The notes: generated by a model from the sequence alone, not told the origin. Counted from the first letter of the stretch, positions 41,509 through 51,522 are shown. The stretch: 64,000 nt of DNA from Clostridia bacterium (GCA_016938675.1 JAFGUF010000023.1:32583-96582), one strand, 5' to 3'. Made by a program: numbers and translations.

Positions 41509-43462
41509 TATTCTCTCCGACAATGCTCCTTATAAAATCTCTTATCTGTGCAGCTTTTTCAAAGTTCAGCGCTTTTGCCGCATTCTCCATCTCTGCTTTT
41601 AGTGCTTCGATATCAATATCCAGGTATTTCTCTTTATTATGTTCTGCAGTTTCTTCCTCAACAGCCTTAGATATCTCGAAGTCTTCTTGAAGCGCTTTCA
41701 CTATGCTCTGCGGTGTTATGTTATGCTCCTCATTATATGCCACCTGCAGACTGCGCCTTCTATTTGTTTCGTCAATAGCGTTCTGCATAGAGTCTGTTAT
41801 TGTATCTGCATACATAATTACTCTGCTTTCGCTGTTTCTGGCCGCCCTTCCTATGGTCTGCACAAGCGCCGTAGCCGATCTTAAAAATCCTTCCTTATCA
41901 GCATCAAGTATTGCAACCAGTGCTACCTCCGGCAGATCCAGCCCCTCTCGAAGCAGGTTGATGCCGACAACCATATCAATAGTGCCTTTTCGAAGCTTTT
42001 TAAGTATTTCTATTCTTTCAAGCGTACTTATATCGCTGTGCAGGTATTCCGCCTTGAAGTTCAAATTCAGCAGGTAGTCAGTTAACCGCTCCGACATCTT
42101 CTTAGTCAGCGTAGTAATAAGGCACCTGAATCCTTTGTTTATTGTGTAACGGATTTCACCGATCAGGTCGTCTATCTGTCCATCTATCGGCTTAACAATC
42201 ACTTCTGGGTCAACCAGCCCTGTAGGCCTTATAATCTGCTCGACTATCGCCCCAGCTTTCTGCATCTCATATCTTGCCGGAGTAGCGCTTATATAGACAA
42301 CCTGCCCTATTTTCGCGTTGAATTCCTCAAAGGTCAAAGGCCTGTTGTCATATGCAGACGGGAGCCTGAACCCGTAGGTTACGAGAGACTCTTTCCTAGA
42401 TCTGTCACCAGCATACATCGCCCCTATCTGAGGCACGGTCATATGGGATTCATCAATTATCAGCATAAAGTCATCCGGAAAATAATCAATCAGGGTAAAT
42501 GACGGTTCGCCGATTTGCCTTTTATCGAAATATCTTGAATAGTTTTCTATGCCGCTGCAGTAGCCAAGCTCACGCATCATCTCAATGTCGAACATCGTGC
42601 GCTGCTGTATCCTCTGAGCCTCCAGCAGCTTTCCTTCGTCCTCGAATTCCTTTACCTGTATCATTAGATCCCGTTCTATGTTTTCAATAGCCGCAGCCAT
42701 ACTTTCCTTGTTCATCACATAGTGTGAAGCCGGAAAAATAGCAACATGCTTTCTCTGATTGATTACTTTTCCCGTGACCACTTCAATATCTGAAATCTTT
42801 TCAATTTCGTCGCCGAAAAATTCCACTCTCACAGCACTTTCTGTAGCATATGATTGGAAAATCTCCAGCACATCGCCACGCACTCGGAAAGTACCTCTTT
42901 CGAATTCAATATCGTTTCTTTCATATTGAATGTCTATAAGCCTATGGATGACTTCATCTCTTGATTTTGTCATACCCGGGCGCAGAGATATACTCATGTC
43001 CAGGTATTCCTTTGGGTCACCAAGAGAATATATGCAGGATACACTGGCAACTACGATTACATCTCGCCTTTCCTGAAGGGATGAGGTAGCCGAATGGCGG
43101 AGCTTATCTATTTCATCGTTTATTGATGCGTCCTTTTCTATATATGTATCACTGGATGGTACATACGCTTCCGGCTGATAGTAATCATAATAGCTTACGA
43201 AATACTCCACTGCATTATCAGGGAAAAACTGCCTGAATTCGCTGCAAAGCTGTGCAGCCAATGTCTTGTTGTGGGCTATTACCAATGTGGGCCTTTGTAT
43301 CTTTTCTATTACATTAGCTATAGTATATGTTTTTCCCGACCCTGTAACGCCAAGCAGCACCTGCGAAGCCAGTCCGTTCTGGATGCCTTCAGTCAGCTGC
43401 TGTATTGCCTTTGGCTGGTCACCGGCAGGCTTGAAATCAGATTTTATTTTAAATTTTCCCAT
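41501..43462 (-). CDS. uvrB: excinuclease ABC subunit UvrB
   Basis: [12 protein letters not shown] and a C-terminal UVR domain ([12 protein letters not shown]). Its 3' end overlaps the uvrA start. Confidence 0.97.
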   Translation of the reverse strand: MGKFKIKSDFKPAGDQPKAIQQLTEGIQNGLASQVLLGVTGSGKTYTIANVIEKIQRPTLVIAHNKTLAAQLCSEFRQFFPDNAVEYFVSYYDYYQPEAYVPSSDTYIEKDASINDEIDKLRHSATSSLQERRDVIVVASVSCIYSLGDPKEYLDMSISLRPGMTKSRDEVIHRLIDIQYERNDIEFERGTFRVRGDVLEIFQSYATESAVRVEFFGDEIEKISDIEVVTGKVINQRKHVAIFPASHYVMNKESMAAAIENIERDLMIQVKEFEDEGKLLEAQRIQQRTMFDIEMMRELGYCSGIENYSRYFDKRQIGEPSFTLIDYFPDDFMLIIDESHMTVPQIGAMYAGDRSRKESLVTYGFRLPSAYDNRPLTFEEFNAKIGQVVYISATPARYEMQKAGAIVEQIIRPTGLVDPEVIVKPIDGQIDDLIGEIRYTINKGFRCLITTLTKKMSERLTDYLLNLNFKAEYLHSDISTLERIEILKKLRKGTIDMVVGINLLREGLDLPEVALVAILDADKEGFLRSATALVQTIGRAARNSESRVIMYADTITDSMQNAIDETNRRRSLQVAYNEEHNITPQSIVKALQEDFEISKAVEEETAEHNKEKYLDIDIEALKAEMENAAKALNFEKAAQIRDFIRSIVGENND

Positions 43463-43500
43463 AAAAATTCCCTTTAAAAAGATTCAGCTATTATTTTTTT

Positions 43501-43529
43501 ATTATACCATACAAAAATTCAAATGTGAA
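43501..43529 (-). promoter_or_regulatory. uvrB promoter
   Basis: Minus strand: TTCACA (43529..43524), 17 nt, TGgTATAAT (43506..43501). Confidence 0.6.
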
Positions 43530-43539
43530 CATTTATTCG
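43526..43539 (-). promoter_or_regulatory. LexA (Cheo/SOS) box
   Basis: Minus strand CGAATAAATGTTCA versus the Gram-positive consensus CGAAC-N4-GTTCG. It overlaps the -35 of the uvrB promoter. Confidence 0.65.
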
Positions 43540-43683
43540 TAATTTTATGCTTTTTATTCATATTTTCAGCGTGTTTATTTTGTCAGAAAGGCTGGTTTAT
43601 GATTTCAGCCACCTGAATTACAGATGGCTGACAAATACAATGCTATATTTTTTTAATAATCTATAACTGATTAGCCTATATTC

Positions 43684-43848
43684 CTAGTCCTCGTAATCAT
43701 CGCTATCTTCGTCGTAGTCATAGTCATCATAGTCTTCGTCTGAATAATCATAGTCTTCATCATCGTAGTCCTCGTCGTCGTAGTCATCATCTTCGTCGTA
43801 GCCGCTAAGCAGCATTCTCGTATCCAATGTCTCCAGTTTCCACTCCAT
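43684..43848 (-). CDS. 54-aa highly acidic Asp/Glu/Tyr-rich small protein (unannotated micro-ORF)
   Basis: Hand translation: MEWKLETLDTRMLLSGYDEDDDYDDEDYDDEDYDYSDEDYDDYDYDEDSDDYED, ending at a TAG stop. AGGAGG lies 9 nt upstream of the ATG. The ORF falls below the 60-aa cut-off of the ORF track. Confidence 0.45.
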   Translation of the reverse strand: MEWKLETLDTRMLLSGYDEDDDYDDEDYDDEDYDYSDEDYDDYDYDEDSDDYED

Positions 43849-44085
43849 CACTCATAGCCTCCTTTAGTTATTTTAACTTTATATAGTAAGGTTTGCGATT
43901 TTATGATTTCAACAGCGATCTTTTTACTATCATCTAAAATTTTACTGTCGGCTGAATCAAAATGGATTTGCGTTCTATAACTATCAGTCACTGTATGATA
44001 ATCATTTTCACGCATATTGTAGCATAGCCTAATACATAAAACAATATAGAAAATAAGATTTATTATTATACTGCTTGTTTATACT

Positions 44086-44111
44086 AAGCGCCCGCTTTTT
44101 AGCAGGCGCTT
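44086..44111 (-). terminator. hairpin downstream of the anti-sigma gene
   Basis: AAGCGCC pairs with GGCGCTT, 11 nt after the stop. There is no clear U-tract. Confidence 0.4.
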
Positions 44112-44121
44112 TCGTCTATCA

Positions 44122-44925
44122 TTATTCTGAAGGAACTATTACAAATTCCTCTAACATGGAAAGGAATCTGGAGCCGTGCCCTTCCTCTGCCTCAATAAAA
44201 TATTTCATTTCAATAATGAATACACCACCCTGAGTGTTGTCCACTATTATTACTTTTGTGACAGCGGAATCCCACTGAGGCATTGTCTCTTTTGTTCCGT
44301 TGGGATCTCCGTCAAAGGCATCTATACATATGCCTTTAAGTGGTTCACCCACCTCGTATGGCTCACTCACCGTTTCGTATTCCGCATTAATTTCCGCTAA
44401 CATTGCGCTCAGCGCGTTTTGCATCGATATATCATCAACCTGCGTTATTTTCATATACACTTCGGGCATATCTTCCGGGTAGTCTGCTGGCTTTATAATG
44501 TCTGCGCCATCCTCTGTTTCTATTATATATCTTTCAGTATCCACGTACATCACATATGTCATCTGCACTTTGTCTGGTGTCATCATATCCTGCTGTGGAG
44601 TTGGCGTATTTCCAACAATGAGTTCCTGCTCTGTTGTTTCCGGCTGGCCTTCAACTATTGTCTCCACTGATTTTTCCTTTTCGAAGAGGTCAATTATTCT
44701 GCTGACGGCCGCCTGTCCTGTAGGAGTAAACCAAAGGCCTGCTGCAAGCAGCAGAATCAATACCGCTGCGATAATGCCAAACTTATTTCCTGTTTTTCTT
44801 CTTTTCATTATGTAATTCCCCTTTATCTCATTTCTTAGCTTCTGAAGAACATCATTTTTGCTTTCTAAAGCTTTGTCAGTGCTTTTCAATATAGCTTCTC
44901 GCAAATCATAATCAAGTCTATTCAT
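44122..44925 (-). CDS. single-pass membrane protein, putative anti-sigma factor
   Basis: 267 aa with one TM segment (FGIIAAVLILLLAAGLWF). Its start overlaps the ECF sigma gene end by 8 nt. AAGGAG RBS. Confidence 0.6.
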   Translation of the reverse strand: MNRLDYDLREAILKSTDKALESKNDVLQKLRNEIKGNYIMKRRKTGNKFGIIAAVLILLLAAGLWFTPTGQAAVSRIIDLFEKEKSVETIVEGQPETTEQELIVGNTPTPQQDMMTPDKVQMTYVMYVDTERYIIETEDGADIIKPADYPEDMPEVYMKITQVDDISMQNALSAMLAEINAEYETVSEPYEVGEPLKGICIDAFDGDPNGTKETMPQWDSAVTKVIIVDNTQGGVFIIEMKYFIEAEEGHGSRFLSMLEEFVIVPSE

Positions 44926-45502
44926 GGTGATACTCCTTAAATCCTTTGTCCAGTAAATATCTCTTTACTCTTTGCCTGCCTTCATACAGCCGTGACTTAA
45001 CTGTGCTTTGCCGCAAATTCATAATTTCTGCTATTTCATCTTCCTTAAAACCATTGATGTATTTTAGCAGCAGCGGTATTCGCATATCATCATGTAGTTT
45101 CTGCAGCGCACTGTAGAGCATTTCGTATTTTTCGAATTTATAGCTGTCTTCACTGCTGATTTCACTCATGTATTCATCATACTCTAATATTTCTCTTTTC
45201 CTTTTCACCTGCGCCATATACCTTCTGCATTCATTTACAAGAATCCGGTTAAACCAAAACGAAAAGCTTTTCATTGGATTAAAGGATTTCCTGTATTCAT
45301 AGGCACGCACAAAAGAAACCTGTACAATGTCTTTTGCATTTGTATCATTTTTCAATATTGCAGCCGCAAGGCGGAAAGCATTGTCTGCATGCATGCTATA
45401 GAGCTCTTCAAATGCACTGTGGCTGCCCTGTCGGAATTTCTCAGCTAAAGTTCTGTCCAATATGCACCTCCGCAAAATTTTGCTGATTTTGTTCTCACAC
45501 AT
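44918..45502 (-). CDS. ECF-type RNA polymerase sigma-70 factor
   Basis: Region 2 (DIVQVSFVRAYEY) and region 4 (EDEIAEIMNLRQSTVKSRLYEGRQRV). Start is the ATG at 45502 or the TTG at 45514; neither has a clear SD. Confidence 0.85.
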   Translation of the reverse strand: MCENKISKILRRCILDRTLAEKFRQGSHSAFEELYSMHADNAFRLAAAILKNDTNAKDIVQVSFVRAYEYRKSFNPMKSFSFWFNRILVNECRRYMAQVKRKREILEYDEYMSEISSEDSYKFEKYEMLYSALQKLHDDMRIPLLLKYINGFKEDEIAEIMNLRQSTVKSRLYEGRQRVKRYLLDKGFKEYHHE

Positions 45503-45660
45503 AATATACCGCAATTATACTTAAAAAGTTGGAAAAAAACTATTTTTCTTTATTATCACGCAAATTGAGTGTAAATTCGTGATTATGTCAGTTGACATTA
45601 TTTTAATATATTGATAAAGTAATTATTTATTAAATAAAGTATAAAAAGAGAGAGTAGATA

Positions 45661-48570
45661 GTGAAACTAGGAATTGATATTGGTTCAACAACAGTAAAGA
45701 CTGTGTTGTTTGATAAAGACAATAATATTATTTTTAAAGATTATAAAAGACACTTTTCTGATGTTTTCCAGACAACCGTTGAGATGCTTGAGCGCCTTTC
45801 CCAATATGTAAATAAAGGTGAAGCTCTGCATGCAGCTCTTACGGGTTCTGCCGGGCTCGGCGTAAGCAAGGTGTGCGGCCTGCCATTCGTTCAGGAGGTT
45901 TTCGCAACGCAGATAGCCATAAAGGAGCATATTCCTGATGCGGACGTCGTTATCGAGCTGGGCGGAGAAGACGCCAAGATAATATTCTTAACCAGCGGCA
46001 TCGAGTATCGTATGAATGGCTCATGCGCAGGCGGCACAGGGGCATTCATTGACCAGATGGCGACACTTCTGAATGTATCATTAGATGAGCTTAACGAACT
46101 AAGCTTAAATCAAGAAAAAATATACACGATCGCTTCCCGCTGCGGCGTCTTCGCAAAGAGCGACATACAGCCGCTTCTAAACCAGGGAGCTGACAAGAAA
46201 AATATTGCTGCCAGCATCCATCAGGCTGTTGTTGACCAGACCATTGCAGGACTTGCACAGGGCAGAGATATCATGGGAAAGGTCGTCTTTCTGGGTGGCC
46301 CCCTCACATTTTCTCAGGGGCTTCGTGACAGATTCAAGTCGAGCCTAAAGCTTTCCGATGAAATGGCTGTGCTGCCTGATAATTCACAGTACTTTGTGGG
46401 CATCGGCGCAGCAATGTATTCAAAGGGCGAAAAAAAGGTTAACTTTGATGAGCTTTTAAGTCTGATTAAAAAAGGCAGCAAAAATGCAGTAACCAGCAAA
46501 AAGCTGGAGCCGCTTTTTAAGAATACAGATGAATATGAAGAATTCACAAAAAGGCATTCACAAAATGATGTTCCCAGAAAAGACATAACCTTATATAAAG
46601 GCGATGCATACCTCGGCATAGACGCAGGCTCAACCACCACTAAAATGGTGCTGATTGATAAGGACTGCAACATTCTCTTTGAGTACTACGGAGCGAACCT
46701 CGGAAACCCAATCAAGATAATTCGCGAGCAGCTAAAGCTGCTTTATAATAAAATGGGCGATGAAATAAAAATTATTTCGTCCGGCGTTGTGGGCTATGGT
46801 GAAGACCTGATAAAGACAGCCTTTGGCATAGATCATGGCCTCGTTGAGACGGTAGCGCACTATAAGGCTGCTCATCACTTTAATAATGACGTGAACTTCA
46901 TTATGGATATTGGCGGACAGGATATAAAATGCTTCCATATAAAAAATCATGCCATTGATAATATATTCCTTAATGAGGCTTGCTCATCCGGCTGCGGCTC
47001 ATTCATCCAGACATATGCCAAGGCCCTAGGATATGAGGTCGAGGAATTCGCAAGGCTTGGACTTTTTGCCGAAACGCCCATTGACCTCGGTTCAAGATGT
47101 ACCGTATTTATGAATTCATCTATTAAGCAAGCGCAAAAAGAAGGCGCCAGTGTTGGAGACATAGCAGCAGGCCTTTCATTCAGCGTTGTCAAAAATGCTC
47201 TCTATAAGGTTGTGCGTGTGCACAGCAGCGATGAACTCGGCGATAACATCGTTGTACAGGGGGGAACATTTTTAAATGATGCTGTGCTAAGGAGCTTTGA
47301 AAAAGAACTTGGCAAAAATGTTGTCCGTCCCTCAATTGCCGGGCTTATGGGTGCCTTCGGCGTCGCCCTCCATGCAAAGGAACAGCAAAATAAATCATCC
47401 GGAATAATCAGCCCTGAAATGCTTGAAAATTTTACTCATAAAAGCACAAACACCGTCTGCAACCTTTGCACCAATCACTGCAACCTGACGATCAATACAT
47501 TCGCCGATGGTAAAAAATACATCTTCGGCAACAGGTGCGAACGCCCTTATAAAGGAAAAGAGAAAAAAGACATACCTAATGTATATAAAGACAAACTTGA
47601 CTATATAAAAAATCTGGAAATAATCAAATCTGATAAGAAAATAGGAATGCCACTGGGGCTCAATATATACGAACTCCTGCCTTTCTGGACAGCGTTCTTT
47701 AATGAGCTGGGTGTTGAGGTGGTGCATACAGGCGTATCAACGAGAGAGATATACACAAAAGGCCAGCATACCATACCATCTGACACCGTGTGCTACCCTG
47801 CTAAGCTTATGCACGGACATATTGAGCTGCTGCTTGACATGGGTATAAATGACATTTTCTATCCATGCATGAGCTATAATTTCAATGAAGATATAGGCGA
47901 CAATCACTATAACTGCCCTGTAGTTGCCTATTACCCCGAGCTGCTGAAGGCGAATATAAAAAGGCTAAACAGCGTCAACTATATGAATGAATATTTTGGA
48001 CTGCACCGAAAAAAGGATTTCATGAATAAGGCCTACGAATTTTTCAAGGATAAATACGAAGTATCGAAAAAACAGGTAAAAACTGCTGTTATTAAAGCAT
48101 ATGAGGCGCACCACAAGTTCCGCAGCTATATTCGGGAACAAGGCAGCAAGGCAATTGAATTCGCAAAAGAGAACGATAAAAAGATTATCGTTATGGCGGG
48201 AAGGCCATATCATATAGACCCTGAAATAAACCACGGCATAGATGATTTAATTTCATCATTCGATCTTGTCCTTATTTCTGAGGACAGCATATCGCACCTA
48301 CTGCCGGGAATAAAGCTGAATGTGCTAAACCAGTGGACCTATCAGTCCAGAATGTACAATGCTGCCAGATATGCAGCGCGACATAAAAACATGGAGTTTG
48401 TACAGCTTGTTTCATTCGGCTGCGGCACAGACGCCATCACGACAGATGAGATAAGAGAAATACTGGAATCGCACGGCAGGCTATACACTCAGATTAAAAT
48501 TGATGAAATCAGCAACCTTGGAGCTGCAAGGATACGATTGAGAAGCCTTCTTGCTGCGACAAGGCAATAG
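45661..48570 (+). CDS. tandem BadF/BadG/BcrA/BcrD-type ATPase (acyl-CoA dehydratase activase-like) fused to a Cys cluster and a DUF2229-like domain
   Basis: Two ASKHA modules (LGIDIGSTTVKTV at the N-terminus; LGIDAGSTTTKMVL near residue 318), each with cluster Cys (NGSCAGGTG/ASRCGVF and EACSSGCGS/GSRCTVF), followed by CNLCTNHCNL...GNRCERP. GTG start. Confidence 0.85.
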   Translation: MKLGIDIGSTTVKTVLFDKDNNIIFKDYKRHFSDVFQTTVEMLERLSQYVNKGEALHAALTGSAGLGVSKVCGLPFVQEVFATQIAIKEHIPDADVVIELGGEDAKIIFLTSGIEYRMNGSCAGGTGAFIDQMATLLNVSLDELNELSLNQEKIYTIASRCGVFAKSDIQPLLNQGADKKNIAASIHQAVVDQTIAGLAQGRDIMGKVVFLGGPLTFSQGLRDRFKSSLKLSDEMAVLPDNSQYFVGIGAAMYSKGEKKVNFDELLSLIKKGSKNAVTSKKLEPLFKNTDEYEEFTKRHSQNDVPRKDITLYKGDAYLGIDAGSTTTKMVLIDKDCNILFEYYGANLGNPIKIIREQLKLLYNKMGDEIKIISSGVVGYGEDLIKTAFGIDHGLVETVAHYKAAHHFNNDVNFIMDIGGQDIKCFHIKNHAIDNIFLNEACSSGCGSFIQTYAKALGYEVEEFARLGLFAETPIDLGSRCTVFMNSSIKQAQKEGASVGDIAAGLSFSVVKNALYKVVRVHSSDELGDNIVVQGGTFLNDAVLRSFEKELGKNVVRPSIAGLMGAFGVALHAKEQQNKSSGIISPEMLENFTHKSTNTVCNLCTNHCNLTINTFADGKKYIFGNRCERPYKGKEKKDIPNVYKDKLDYIKNLEIIKSDKKIGMPLGLNIYELLPFWTAFFNELGVEVVHTGVSTREIYTKGQHTIPSDTVCYPAKLMHGHIELLLDMGINDIFYPCMSYNFNEDIGDNHYNCPVVAYYPELLKANIKRLNSVNYMNEYFGLHRKKDFMNKAYEFFKDKYEVSKKQVKTAVIKAYEAHHKFRSYIREQGSKAIEFAKENDKKIIVMAGRPYHIDPEINHGIDDLISSFDLVLISEDSISHLLPGIKLNVLNQWTYQSRMYNAARYAARHKNMEFVQLVSFGCGTDAITTDEIREILESHGRLYTQIKIDEISNLGAARIRLRSLLAATRQ

Positions 48571-48584
48571 TTGGAGTACATTAA

Positions 48585-49853
48585 ATGAAAAAAAATAAAG
48601 ATAACGATAGAGTAATATTTACAAAACAAATGAAAAAGGACTACACGATACTCATGCCTACAATGCTGCCTATTCATATGAGGCTGCTGGAAAAGACTTT
48701 TAAACTGCATGGTTATAAGGTGGTGCTGCTGGAAACCAACAATCAGAACATAGTGGATGAGGGATTAAAGAACGTGCACAACGACACATGCTACCCTGCC
48801 CTGCTAGTTATAGGCCAGCTTCTTGACGCCCTGCACAATGGCGGATACGACATCAACAAAACCGCACTGATAATTACTCAGACAGGCGGAGGCTGCAGGG
48901 CATCCAACTACATTCACTTATTAAGGAAGGCTTTGAAGCAAGGCGGTATGGGGCACATACCCGTAATATCGCTCAATATATCCGGCCTTGAGAAAAACCC
49001 CGGGTTCAAGCTGACCTTAGCCCTAACTGTGCAGCTTATTTACGCCGTAATATATGGTGACCTTCTTACGTGGCTAGCCAACCAGACACGGCCCTATGAA
49101 ATAAATTCCGGTGAAACAGACAGACTTGTAGTCAAATGGGAGGATCGTCTTTCAGAAGAATATAAAAAAGCAGTGAATTTAAGGCTTGCGAAAATTAAAT
49201 CCAACATGGTGGAGATTACAAAAGATTTCGCAACAATACAAAAGAGAAACGAAAAGAAAATTCGCGTTGGCGTTGTAGGCGAAATATACATTAAATACGC
49301 ACCTCTCGGCAATAATAATTTGGAAAAGTTCCTAGCTGACGAGGGCTGCGAAGTGGTAGTGCCGGGACTCCTTGACTTCCTTATTTTCAAGGCAGATAAC
49401 CGTGTGGACGATGTAAACATATACGGCGGCAGCAAGATAAAGAAATACCTTATTAATAAGTTTATTGATTTCATGCTGTATTTGCAGAGAACCATGAAAA
49501 AAATCATTGAAGAAAACAGCAGCTATGTACCAGTAACGCAGTACAGAGAGCTGCGCGGCCTGATAACAAATGATTATGTAGGCTACGGCAACAAGATGGG
49601 CGAAGGCTGGCTGCTTACCGCTGAAATGCTGGACTTGTGCCACATGGGCGTAAACAACATAGTCTGCACTCAGCCTTTCGGATGCCTGCCTAATCATATC
49701 GCCGGCAAAGGCATGATTAGAAAGATTAAAGAAAACTACCCTTCCTCAAATATCGTAGCTATAGACTATGATCCCGGCGCGACAAAAGTAAACCAAGAAA
49801 ACCGGATTAAGCTGATGCTTGCAAACGCCAAAGAAATCAGTTCAGCGCAATAA
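48585..49853 (+). CDS. 2-hydroxyacyl-CoA dehydratase-like / DUF2229-type partner protein
   Basis: 422 aa starting 14 nt downstream of the activase-like gene. Conserved Cys contexts: NDTCYPALLVIGQ, GGGCRASNY, TQPFGCLPNH. Confidence 0.7.
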   Translation: MKKNKDNDRVIFTKQMKKDYTILMPTMLPIHMRLLEKTFKLHGYKVVLLETNNQNIVDEGLKNVHNDTCYPALLVIGQLLDALHNGGYDINKTALIITQTGGGCRASNYIHLLRKALKQGGMGHIPVISLNISGLEKNPGFKLTLALTVQLIYAVIYGDLLTWLANQTRPYEINSGETDRLVVKWEDRLSEEYKKAVNLRLAKIKSNMVEITKDFATIQKRNEKKIRVGVVGEIYIKYAPLGNNNLEKFLADEGCEVVVPGLLDFLIFKADNRVDDVNIYGGSKIKKYLINKFIDFMLYLQRTMKKIIEENSSYVPVTQYRELRGLITNDYVGYGNKMGEGWLLTAEMLDLCHMGVNNIVCTQPFGCLPNHIAGKGMIRKIKENYPSSNIVAIDYDPGATKVNQENRIKLMLANAKEISSAQ

Positions 49854-49916
49854 TTTTTATTTACTATAGCTGAATTGTAATGTAAAATAATAGAAAAAGC
49901 GTCAAGGAGATTATGT

Positions 49917-50255
49917 ATGACTAAAGTTGCAATATTCGCATTCAGAGGAGACCCTATGTGTTTTATTCATGTTCTTTTAAACGCAAAAGACATGCATGAT
50001 AAAGGAATGGAAGTCAAAGTGGTTATTGAAGGAGAATCAGTAAAGCTTCTTAAAAAACTGGAAGATGAAAGCAACCCGCTGTATATGGAAGTTAAAGACA
50101 AAGGGCTTTTTCACAGCATATGCAGGGCATGTTCTGCTAAATTAGGAGTGCTTGAATATAATGAAAAGATCGGCATCCCTGTTCAGGGAGATATGAACGG
50201 CCATGTTTCAATGGCAGACTTTACTCTCGGTGGCTACGAGGTAATTACTCTATAA
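49917..50255 (+). CDS. DsrE/DsrF-like family small protein
   Basis: 112 aa. KVAIFAFRGDPM...VVIEGESVKLL...CRACSAKLGV pattern. Confidence 0.55.
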   Translation: MTKVAIFAFRGDPMCFIHVLLNAKDMHDKGMEVKVVIEGESVKLLKKLEDESNPLYMEVKDKGLFHSICRACSAKLGVLEYNEKIGIPVQGDMNGHVSMADFTLGGYEVITL

Positions 50256-50284
50256 CCAGACTAAGATATATTGTTACAGCAAAA

Positions 50285-50308
50285 AGCACCGGATAAAAAT
50301 CCGGTGCT
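50285..50308. terminator. bidirectional terminator (DsrE-like gene / kbl)
   Basis: AGCACCGGA-taaaaa-TCCGGTGCT flanked by A and T runs. Confidence 0.8.
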
Positions 50309-50313
50309 TTATA

Positions 50314-51507
50314 TTATAGACCAAGTTCCATTTTGCATTCCACAAATGCATTAATCGCAAAGTCAAGGTTATCCCTCGTATGAGCTGCAGAAATTTGAGT
50401 CCTGATTCTCGCTTTTCCTTTAGGCACAACCGGAAAAGAAAATCCTATCACGTAAACGCCCTTTTCCAGCATCATATTAGCCATTTCGTTCGCAATTTTC
50501 GCATCATAGAGCATTACCGGCACTATAGGATGAACGCCGTCAGATATATCAAACCCCTCTTCCTTCATCCTTTTTCTAAAGTACTTCGTGTTTTCATTCA
50601 GCCTGTTTAAGTGCTCTTTTGATTTTTCTAGTATTTCAAATACTTTCAATGCTGATGAAGCTATGCTAGGGGCAAGCGTATTGGAAAAAAGATAAGGACG
50701 GGATCGCTGCCTCAATAATTCAACTATCTCTTTCCTTGCCGATGTATAGCCGCCTGATGCGCCGCCTAGAGCTTTGCCAAGTGTTCCGGTTATAATATCG
50801 ACTCTGCCCATCACTCCGCAGTGCTCGTGCGTGCCCTTGCCGTTTTCGCCCACAAAGCCTACAGCGTGGCTGTCATCCACCATCACCAGAGCTCCGTATT
50901 CATCTGCCAGGTCGCATATTCCCTTAAGGTTTGCAATATATCCATCCATAGAGAATACGCCGTCTGTTGCAATCATCTTCACTCTGCAGCCATCCGCTTC
51001 GGCCTCCTGAAGGCATCTTTTAAGGTCATCCATGTTGTTGTTTAGATATCTATACCTTTTCGCCTTACAAAGCCTTACGCCGTCTATTATGCTGGCGTGG
51101 TTTAGCTCATCGCTGATTATGGCGTCATTTTCACTAAGGAGCGTTTCAAAAAGTCCTCCGTTTGCGTCAAAGCATGATGAATAAAGTATAGTGTCATCCA
51201 TTCCAAGGAATCTGCTTATTGCAGCTTCCAGCTGCTTGTGCACGGATTGAGTGCCACAGATAAACCTGACAGAGCTCATTCCGTAGCCCCATTTGTCGTA
51301 GCTTTCCTTGGCGGCTTTTATAATCTCTTCGTTATCTGCAAGTCCAAGATAATTATTCGCGCACATATTCAGCACGCCTTCCCGCCCTACCACGTCTATT
51401 CTGGCTCTTTGGGGAGATGTTATTACACGTTCACTTTTATAGAGATTTTCCTTTTTAATATTTTCAACAGTTTCTGAAAAACTTCTCAGCATATCTTTTT
51501 TGTTCAT
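50314..51507 (-). CDS. kbl: glycine C-acetyltransferase (2-amino-3-ketobutyrate CoA ligase)
   Basis: 397-aa alpha-oxoamine synthase fold with the PLP Lys in GTLGKALGG. Adjacent to tdh. Confidence 0.92.
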   Translation of the reverse strand: MNKKDMLRSFSETVENIKKENLYKSERVITSPQRARIDVVGREGVLNMCANNYLGLADNEEIIKAAKESYDKWGYGMSSVRFICGTQSVHKQLEAAISRFLGMDDTILYSSCFDANGGLFETLLSENDAIISDELNHASIIDGVRLCKAKRYRYLNNNMDDLKRCLQEAEADGCRVKMIATDGVFSMDGYIANLKGICDLADEYGALVMVDDSHAVGFVGENGKGTHEHCGVMGRVDIITGTLGKALGGASGGYTSARKEIVELLRQRSRPYLFSNTLAPSIASSALKVFEILEKSKEHLNRLNENTKYFRKRMKEEGFDISDGVHPIVPVMLYDAKIANEMANMMLEKGVYVIGFSFPVVPKGKARIRTQISAAHTRDNLDFAINAFVECKMELGL

Positions 51508-51522
51508 ATAGGCGCTCCTTTC

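Noticed and set aside
43690-43800. GTC/ATC/GTA-rich tract considered as a non-coding microsatellite or tandem repeat
   Set aside because: The tract is an imperfect triplet pattern that stays in frame for 38 codons behind a strong RBS and ATG. I report it as a candidate coding micro-ORF, with moderate confidence, rather than as a DNA repeat.
45555-45583. Inverted repeat ATCACG-N17-CGTGAT upstream of the activase operon
   Set aside because: The arms are only 6 bp in an AT-rich spacer, which is easily chance. I note it as a possible operator but do not consider it well enough supported to call.
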